Part shown: positions 49,101-58,750 of the stretch, piece after piece | Numbering within the stretch: position 1 is the stretch's first letter | Layout: each line of letters opens with the position of its first letter | Notes under the pieces: generated by a model | What the model saw: the letters and a program-made list of their open reading frames with translations, nothing else | Told to the model about the DNA's origin: nothing | Databases searched by the model: none | Translations under genes and position numbers: made by a program | Source: Camelus ferus | Taxonomy: Eukaryota | Reading direction: 5' to 3' | Length of the DNA: 64,000 bases | NCBI RefSeq assembly: GCF_009834535.1 | Contig: NC_045725.1 | Coordinates: forward strand, 1,550,001 to 1,614,000

Positions 49101-52100
49101 CCCCCTCAGTCAGGTCCTGAATCCGCACATGGGTCCGGACACAGCCGAGCCCCTCCCCCTGCTCCAACGCCACTAGCCTCAGCCCACTGATGCAACCCAT
49201 CCCTCAGCAGAGCCCGTGTCTCCAGGGTGGAGGCCCGGGGCACGCAGGGTCTGAAGAGCCCACACGCCCCCGGGGCGGCCCCTCTCCTCAGCCCCTCCTC
49301 CACCCCCCTCCAGCTCCGTCCCAGCCCTTCTCCTGGCCCCTGAGGACAGGCCACCTGGTGCCTCGTGCGTGTCCACAGGTCCTTCAAGGGTGTTGTCTGC
49401 TCCCTCCCCACTTGAGGGCAAAACCACCTCTGAGTGTCGACGACAAGAACCAACAGCAGAACCTGTTCATTCCGTAAAGTTCTGAACAGAAAAGTCACAG
49501 GCGGCACGAGGAAAAAAGTGCGCAACACACCAAGCTGGTAAGTTACTCTCAAAACCCCCAATTTCGAAAACAACAGGCAGCAGTCAGAGAAGTCGGGCAA
49601 ACGCGACGGGCCCCAGAACCCCTGGGACACATCGACCCCACGGCAGGAAAAAAACCAGGGTTGAATTTTTGTATTGATTATCCAATTATTAATCTTTATA
49701 GAAGTTATTCCAACACTGCACATAATGAGCAATTCATCAAAGTATATTAGGTGCCTTGGACGTGGCCTTCAGTACAAAGGCCCATTAAGTTCCCTGTAAT
49801 TGCACATTACTGGAGCTTTCGCTAGCTCTAAATCAAATCAACAGGGCCGGAGTCTGTGCGCAGTCTAATTGACTTTATACAATAACGGCGTGCCTCTGGT
49901 GATTACCAAAATGAACCACCAGTCCCAGAAACCACTAGCCACGCAACAGCCGTCTCCAACAGTCCCCGAGAGACAGGCCGGATCAGTCACCTGCGTGTTC
50001 TCGCACGCGGAAAGGACGCCGGGGCCCTGAGCCGGGGACCACAGTGGGGCCAGGGCACGTCCCTGGGGGAAGTGTCTTACAAGCTGGTTTCCGGAGGAAG
50101 CTCCATTGATGGAGGGTCCGGAACTCAACAGAAGTAGAGCCTGGTGCTGGAAGTGTGCCCCAGCAGGGGCCTCGCGCCGTCTAACACCGCACCTCTCGCC
50201 TGCACCAGAGATGCCGGCCGGGACACAGGAAAGACAGCTTCCAAGGCTTGGCTCCCTGTCTTTATTCCTCCGAGACATCCTGAAAGGACCTCGAAAGCCC
50301 TCAAGTTCAGAGGCAGGAGCACCACACCCCCGGCCTCCGGAATTCCCTGGTCAGGAGCCTCCCTGGGTGCCGCGGTGCCACCTGGACTGCTGCTGAAGCT
50401 GGGAACGCCGTTCAGCTGTGCGCTGCCCTCTCCCACCTCGCTCTAGTTCCCCGGGGCCAGGGCTCCGGGCTGGTCTGCCCACGCGTCTTGACAGTCCTGC
50501 AAGTACTGCCTGGTTTACGTCCTCCTTTGAAGGTCGAATCAACCCCTTCCCAGAGTTTCCGTGAGATGCGGGGACCGCACAAGCCCCCGAGCACCCATGG
50601 TGAAGCTCTGGCTAGTCGTCTGCAAGTCGTCTTGTCTGTTGAACCTCTTCCTTCCCGTGGGGCTGAGCTGTCCATTTGGAAACTTAGCGTTCATTCCACT
50701 TGTGTATCTAAATTTGACTTCTGAAGAAGCCTTGAAATGTGTCCCCAAAACAGCCAGTAAGTGAAAAGCAAGCTGTTCAGGGTATTTGTTCCCAGTCACC
50801 GTTCATTCGGACTGAAGCCCAGCAAGACTTAACGTGGGGCCACGCGCAGTCACCTCTGGCTCGGGCCGTGTGGGCGCTTCCCGGGGGGGGGGGTGGGCGG
50901 GGCTTAGGGATAAGCTGGTGGCCGGTTCCCGTCACCAGGCCTGATGCCCCTGATGCAGGGACGGGGCCCTCAGGTCAGGAGCGGGGCCAGAGCCCTGCAC
51001 CTGCCCCCGATCACTGCGCACCTGGCCCACAAGCTCCCTGCACCAGAGCATGACACACGCCGGCAAAGCGCTGTGAGTTCAGCAGGCCCCGGTCCAGCAG
51101 ACAGCATGGATAGAAGCAGTGATCAGACGGCTTAAAAAAATTCCCTCCCCTGGGTGGGGGGGGCAGGGCCACAGCCGCTGGGGTGCGTGTGAGCGTGTCT
51201 AAATCCAGTGTTCCGCTAACCAGCAGGGACAAGGAAGGGCCCTGAGAAGGAAAGTCACTGGGGGGGGGGTCTCATCTTCCCACCACCTGGTAAGTGCTGG
51301 ACGCCGTCCGCTGAACGAGGCTCACACCCCAGCAGGCCCAGCTCCCCTCGCTGTGTCCTGTGTCCCTCGGGGCAGGCAGGAGCCACGTCAGTGCCCGCCC
51401 CACCACAGGCGGTCGGGTGACCCCAGCACCTGCTCCAGGGACTTTGCAGGTGGCAGTCAGTGAGCTCGGCCCCTCGGTGGTGGCCGGTGGACACAGCACA
51501 TTTCAGAGCCAGAGGTCGTGAGCCCCGCAGCCAGCCTGGCCTTGAAAGTAGAAACAGGAAGCGGGGCAGAAGAGGAAGCCGCCAGCGAGGGAAGGGCAGG
51601 CTCTGGGGAGACGCAGCTCGGGTGCCCAGGTCACAACTCACCTGAGGGACCCAGCATCCATCACCCAGTTTCCACCCCCACCTTTCCCTGCTACCCCTGG
51701 ATTCCACACCATCACAGCAGGAAGCTGCACGTGGGATGGAAAGCTGGCATTTAATCCAGTGGAAACCACCGTTTCCATCTCAGCAAGTGAAGAGACTGTA
51801 AAAAGAGTGCCAGGGCCGGTGGCGTGGTGATGAGGCCTGCTGGGGGCTGGGGCAGTGGGGAGGGGGCGTTTCCCAGCCCGTGCGGACCAAGGTCCGAGAG
51901 ACAACTGGACCTGCTCTCGGTGCTTCCTCCTCTGGCTAAACACCAAGTAACAGCAGACCTCGACAAACATCATTCGCACACTTTTCTTAAGTTAAAATGC
52001 ACTAAAAAGCGCCTGCACCCCACCCCCCGCCTCCCGCACTATGAGCTTTTCCAAGGGCGGCCGCAGACGCCCCTGCTGACGCCAGAGCAAACACTCAGGT

Positions 52101-53949
52101 GGCGGACCCAGCTCAGCCCGGCGGCTGCCACCTCGCCCGTCCGCCGGCCAGCGCCTCTCTCTCCAGCCGGCTGCCCGAGGGAGCACGTCTGCTGTGCTGG
52201 GAGGCTGGGAATCCCAAAAAACAATCTTAAATCCACAAAAATAATTGAAGTTTGCGTCTGCTGAGCAGCCCGGTTCCATTCTGATTTTTATTACAGTGGC
52301 AACAAGAGTTTCATTTGTTTTAAAGTTTGGGTTCTTAAATCTGAGGGATATGCGGTAGTTGACAGCTTGCTGGCAACGGCCACTGTGGGAAAAATGCAAA
52401 GTGCGTATAGAGGGGAGTCTAAGTTTGAGGCTGTGAAAGCAAGGGGGCCGCACCAGAAGCAGCGAACAGCGCGGCCCCCTCCCCTCGGCCCCCACCCCCC
52501 ACAGCGGCCCGACACGTGACCGCGGTGGCTTGGCTCTCCTTGCCCGACCTCATCCTGGGACAGTAATTAAGAGGAAGGCCCTCAAACGTAATTTCTAGCA
52601 CTAAATATTCGCAGACGCTAGGCCGCTCGTGGTACAACCGTCTTACCTGGGCTCCTTCCTAAAAGCCGAGTCCAGAGAAAACCCTGGGGGGGCTGCCCCA
52701 CCCCCACGGGTTGAATTTCTCCTTCACTAGACTTCTGTCTGCGTCTGCCAGTCGGGCCCTGAGTGGTCGGACCAAAGCGGGTGCGAGAAGACGGCTCCGC
52801 CTCAGACACACTCTGCTGCAAGATGCCAGCCTCTGAGGCTTGCCTGGGTTTCCCGCCCTGGGTTTCCCGCCCTGGCTTCTCTTGGGGCCCAGCTCCAATC
52901 TCTGCTGAAACCATTGCAGACACACAAGACCAGGCTGCAAACCAACTGGCTTTATGGGCAGAAAGGATGGAGGAGGCTGTAAAACAGTCTGTCCTGGAGA
53001 CCGAAGGGGCCTGCCCACGTGGGGCCCCCTCGCAGGGCAGCGGCCTGGCTCGCAGCCGAGGCCCCCACGATCCCCCCTACCCTGGCCCCCACGTCTGGGC
53101 CGCAGACAGTGCCTCTGCCGCACCTCCCCGGTCTGTGCGGCTCGGACTGGAGCCAGAGCCCGGGAGTCGCAGACCCTAGACGTTGCCGAGGCGCTGGCTC
53201 TGCTGCCTTCAGCTCTTCCTGCCGTGTCTGGAGTAACAGCAGCTGCGGGGCCTGATAGGCCCTGGGGGGACCTTCGCCCCGGGGGGGGGGGGGAGGGCGG
53301 CGGCCTGGTAAGGCCCGCCCCCAGCCCCCGCTGACTGCAGAACAAAAGGAAACCAGCCCCGGGTTCTGGGAGCGATAACTGTGTGTCCTCAGGGGGGCCG
53401 GCCCGCCCGGCCCATTGTCCCAAGTACCAGGCTTTGATTAGCTGGGGTCCCCCGGGCCTGATAAGGGCGGATGTGGGGAACAGACTCTCTTTGTTCTCTG
53501 TGATGTGGAAGTGTCCACATTACAATCTGGAAGGAAGGAAGAGCACTGTGTCAAAATTCAAACTGAAAAAGGTAAAGGGACTCAAAGCTGTGCCCACGGT
53601 CGGAGGCGGCGCGCGGGGGTCCTGCGAGCGGCCCCGATTTAACGAGAACCCTTGATTCGGCTGAACAGTAAGTGGTGGAGGAGTGCACGTGTCTCTCCTC
53701 CCCAAGAGGAACTCTGCCGTCAGCGTCACGCTCGTGTTCACAAGGGGAATTAGAACTTCCCTCCAGCACTCCTGAGAGAGGGCTGCGTGCCCCGCACTCG
53801 GAGGAGGACACGCAGGACGCACACAAGCCTCCCCTTCAGAAGCGCCTTCCTCCGTGGCGCCCAGCACCCCAGCAAAGCTGGACGTAACACTAGCGAGGAG
53901 AAGCTCTTCCAGCCGCATGAGGGAGAGGACTGACCAGGGAACACCCCCG

Positions 53950-56900
53950 CCAGGCTACCGCCGGCCTTTCCCAGACACCTTCACTTAACGGAGCCACGTG
54001 ACGCGTGCTCTTTGCGTCTGGCTCTTCGACTCAGCACGATGGGCTCAAGGTCCAGCGGCTTCCAAGCACCAGCCAGCGCTTCCTCCTCCTCGGGGCTGAG
54101 CGCTACTCCACTGCCCGGACGCGCCTCACGCTTTCTGTCTATCCGTGCGCTAGCGGCTGGACACCAGGCTGTCTCAAATGCCGGGATACTATAAATGATG
54201 CTAAGACATTTGTGTGCAGATCTTTGTGTGGACACACACGTCCATTTCTCTTGGGCAGACGCCTAAGCGCAGAACTGCTGGGTCTCACAGCGAATTTACG
54301 TTCAACTTCTAAGACACTGCCAAGTGGCCGTAATGCAGGAAGTCCCCCCAGGGAGTGAGAGGTCCAGTTTCTGCGCGTCCTCCCCAGCGAGCTGGTGCCG
54401 CACTCCCTGTGATGTGACGCTGAGTGTCTTTTCACGTATCTACTAGATGTTCACACATCTTCTCTGGAGAAGCGTCTACTTAAATCTTCTGCCCAGCTTT
54501 TGACCAGGCTGTTTCTTAGTACTGAGATATGTTCTCTGCATATTCTAAATACAAACCCTTTATCAGACTGTTTTGAAAATGCATTCATCCTGCCTACTGT
54601 TTGTTTTTTTCTTTTTCTTAATTGTATCTCTTGAAGTACAAAAATTTTGAATTTTGATGAAATCAGATTTATCAGTTTTTTAATTTTATGGGCTGTTTTT
54701 GGTGTCATATCTTAAAAAAAAAACTTTGCCTAATCCAAAGTCTCAAAAATTTTCTCGTATGTTTTCTTCTAAAAGTTTTATCGTTTTAGCTCTTACATTT
54801 AAGTCCATAATCCATTTTGAGCTAAATTTTGTGAGGTGTGAGGTGAGGGTCTAAGTTTACTTTTTTGCAGGTGGATATCCAATTGTTCCAGCACCATTTA
54901 TTTAAGAGGCTATCCTTTGCCGTAATTAAGTGGGGAGAACTTTTGTTAAAAAATCAATTTACCATAAAAAGAAGGATTTATTTCTGGACTCTCAAGTCTG
55001 TTCCTTTGATCTACATGTCTTATGCCAATACTACGCTGTCCTGATTAGTGTAGCTTTAAAGTGGTTTTGAAATTGAGAAATGTGTCTTCCAACTTTGCTC
55101 TTTGTTTTCAAAAATGCTTTAGCTATTCTGGATTTTTTCTAACTTCCATATAAATTTAGGATCATTTTGTCAGTTTCCAAAAAAAAAAAATGCTAGAATT
55201 TTGGTAGAGATTGCATTGATTCTATAGATTAATCCCATTGTGATCAGAACTGAATCCTTTAAAATTTATCAAGGCTTTTTGTGTCCCAGTGGGAAGTCTG
55301 TCTGGAGAATGCTCCATGATCACCCTGCTTGGGGAGAGTCTAGGCCCAGCGGGCCGACGGCAGTGGTTCGACCGTCCCGCGTCCCTGCTGCCTTTCCGTG
55401 CAGCTGCGCTGTCCATTATTGAGGGTGGAGTACTGGCATCTCCAGCGGTTTTTTAATTGTCTTTAAATTTATCCCTTCAGCTCTGCCAGTCTTTGTTTCC
55501 TGTGCTAGAGGGCTCTGCCGTTAGGTGCAAATACATGTACGCTTGCTGCATCTTCCTGCTCAGTTTGCTCATTAGAATACGTCCCTCTTTGTCTCCAGTA
55601 ACATTTTCTTTGGTCCTCAATCTGTTCTGTCGGATACTGTTGTCGCTGCTCCAGATCTCTGTTCGCTGTTGGCACGATACTTCCTTTCCAAGCTTTCACT
55701 TTTAATCTGTTTGTGTCTTTAAATCTAAAGTATGCTTTCTGTGGACAGCACATAGCTGGATCCCCACCCCCATCTGGCCTGACAACCCCACTCCCTTTAC
55801 CGGAGGGTTTCATTTATTTACATCTAATGTAACTTTTATATGGTGGGACATACATGCGCCGTTTTGCTGTTTGTTTTCCACGTCTTGTGGTTTGGGTTTT
55901 TTTGTTGTTGTTCTTATCTTCTTTCACTGTTGCCTTCTTTTTATTTGCTAGTGTATCATTTAAATGCCTTTTTAAAACCTTGTTTTGTTTACTTAACTTA
56001 TTCTTGTTTTTTTAGCGGTTCCTCTAGAGATTACAGTACTCATCTAACTTTAAAATATTTATTTCAGAGTAATATTTATTAAACATACAGCAACTTTATT
56101 CCAACACAGCTTCCTTCCCTGTTCCTTCCTTTGTGCTATCGTTGTCACACAAATGACATTATATATATTATGAGCCTATCAGAACAGTTTTGTAATTATT
56201 ATCTTAAGTATTTTTTTAATAAGTTAGGAGGAAAAAAGTTTTTTTTTTCTTTTCTTTTTCTTTCTTTTTTTTTTTTAGGGGAAGAGGTAACTTGGTTTAT
56301 TTATTTACTTATTCTTTAAGTGGAGGCTCTGGGGATTGAACCTAGGACCTTGTGCGTGCTAGGCAGGCACTCTACCAGTGAGCTGTCTCCTCCCCACAAG
56401 AAAGTTTTTGTTAATGTTATTCTGTCTTTTTATTTACCTGTGTAATTACTTTCACCAGCACTTTATTCCTTCGCGCGGATCTGAGTCACCATCAGCCTGA
56501 AAGACTCCTTTTAGCTCCTCCTGTAGCTCAGGTCCAAGTATCTTTCCTTATTTCTCCTTCTTTTCCAAGGCTAGTTCTGCTGCATGTAGGCTTCATGGTC
56601 AGCAGCCCTCCTTTGAGCACTTTGAGTGGGTGACCCCACTGCTTTCTGGCTTCCATGACTGCTAATGGGCAGTCAGCATTGACCTTACTGCAGCGTCCAC
56701 GCACCTGATGACTTGTTCTCCTCTTGCTGCTTTTAGAACTGTCTCTTTTTCTTTGACTTTGGACAGTGTGGCTATGATGTGAGCTCTGATTTTATCCTAC
56801 TTGGAAGTTGTTGACCTTTTGGGATGTGCACAATGTTTTTTAACAAATTTGGGAAGATTCTGACCATTGTTTCTTCAAATGTTTTTCTACCCTTTCCTCC

Positions 56901-58370
56901 CCTCTTCTGGAGTACCATTATGCACACATTTGTATGTTTTATGGTGTCCCACTTGTTCTTTTTCTTTAATCTTTTTTCTCTCCATCCCTCAGACTGGACA
57001 GTCTATTGATCTTTCTTCAAGTCTGTCGATTCTTTTCCTCTGTCAGCTCCAAAACGTTGTTCGGCCCTTCTAATGAACTTTTCATTTCAGTTATTATACT
57101 TTTCAACTCTAGAATTTCTGCTTGGCTCTTTGAAAATATACATATTTCTGTCTCATTGCTGATCCTCTCCATCTGGTGGAACACAGTTGTACTACTTTTC
57201 TTTAACCCTTTAAACATGGTTTCCTTCAGCTCCTTGAGCATGTCTGTGGCAGCTCATTTACTTGGCTACGAAGTCCAGTGCCTGAGCCCCCTCGGGGACA
57301 CTGTCTGCTGTATGTGGGTTTTATCCCTGCCTATGGGACATATTTTCATGTTTCGTGTCTCATAACGTTTTGTTTGAAAGCTAGACATTGTAGGTAAGAC
57401 ACCGCAGCAGCTCTGGAATCTGCCCCCCCCCACCTACCCCTCCAGGATCTGCTGTTATCGCTGGGTTCTTTTTTCCCCCCTAGTTGCTGCTTACTTGGTT
57501 AGTGACTCTCCTGGACTAATTCTACAGATTCTGTATCTCTGCAGTGTGTGGCTACTAAGTTCTCTGTTTCTCTTTTTGAAAAATTTGTGTTTATTTTCTA
57601 AGCTCAGCTTCCTAGGGATCACCCTCAGGTTAGCACACTTTAATGGCCAGTCGAGTATCAGTCAGGTGTTTTTAACTGCCTTGAGCCATGAGGCCCCCCC
57701 TTTTTGCTGAGGGCATCTGTCTACCAAGGCCCACCTCTGACTCGCCCACAGTTCAGCCAGCCTGGGCTTCACTTCCGCTTGTACAGGGTCTCAAGGTGGA
57801 CGAGCCGGAGGTGGACGACTGGGCCCTCTCCTTGCCCAGGTCTCCCTGAGCATGTGCACACCCGTGTGCGTGTGTGCAGCCTTCCAGACCCCCAGGCACA
57901 CAGCAGGGCTTTCAAACTCCCCTGTGGTCACCTAGCTTGACAAGGCTCACTTGCTCAGTTGAGATCACGGCCTTGGGCAGCTCCAATGAGCACGATGCCA
58001 GCCCTCTGCTGTTTTTATCCTGCCCTGGGAATGAGGCTTTCTGGGGAGCTTCACGACCAGTCAAAATACTGACTGCGTTTGGGGTGCAGCTTTTAACAGA
58101 GCCCCAAAGAGGCCAATCTCCTTCACTGTCTATGAAGCTGCCGGCTTTTCATGGCTGCACACCATGGAGCTGGCAAGGGGGCAGGAGGAACCCCAAGCCA
58201 CAAAACCACAGAACCTGCTTCTCTCACCAAGGTCCAGTGTCCCTTTTGTTCTGCCTCTGGTTAATTTTCAGATTCTGAAATACTTTACCTGAGAGTTTTG
58301 TCAGTATTTTCAGTGCTTTTCCGGGCAGTGCTGACTCACCAAGCTTCTCTCCCCATCATTTTGGAAGTCC
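53950..58370 (-). mobile_element. Old L1M with 5'UTR, ORF1 and internally deleted ORF2/3' end, in the same orientation as NFATC1 transcription
   Basis: Continuous reverse-L1 text: ORF2 3' end (gtacaaaaattttgaattttgatgaaatc, ggatatccaattgttccagcaccatt), endonuclease region (ttaaagtctaaag-type motif), ORF1 (ccttctaatgaacttttcatttcagttattatacttttcaactctagaatt) and 5'UTR (tcaccaagcttctctccccatcattttggaagtcc). Confidence 0.9.
56240..56395 (-). mobile_element. tRNA-Ala-derived camelid-type SINE, inserted in the intronic L1
   Basis: Reverse of ggggaggagacagctcactggtagagtgcctgcctagcacgcacaaggtcctaggttcaatccccagagcctccac, with a T-rich tail and aaagttttt flanking both sides. Confidence 0.93.
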
Positions 58371-58569
58371 TGTCTGTCTCCAGGCCTTACTCAGTTATTG
58401 AAAATACCTCAGTTAATAACCAGATATTCTTTGAAGAAGAAAAACACATACTACCCTTCTCTTTGGCTTGCAAAATCAACTCACACTTGAAAGCTGGACT
58501 TCTGAGCATAAATCTTTGTTCACTGCATCTCTACTGGGTAAAAAAAGAGTCAGTAATACAGCTAAACCT

Positions 58570-58750
58570 TGGGAGAGTAGAGACTGGGTTCAAATCAGAG
58601 GTGGCAGATCAAGGCAGTCCCCTGGTTCTGTCACTCACCAATGGTGACTCTGAGCAAGTCAAATAACATTTTTCTCTTTGCTTCAGTTTCCTTCTTTGTA
58701 AGGTGGAGTTAAATCCATCCACAGGATTGCTGTAAGGCTGCGGACGTAAA
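58570..58750 (+). mobile_element. MIR
   Basis: ctggttctgtcactcaccaatggtgactctgagcaagtca...gcttcagtttccttctttgtaaggtggag...acaggattgctgtaagg follows the MIR core. Confidence 0.75.

Noticed and set aside
29630-58370. Active or domesticated L1 ORFs
   Set aside because: All L1 pieces are fragmented with stops and frameshifts; no long intact ORF1 or ORF2.
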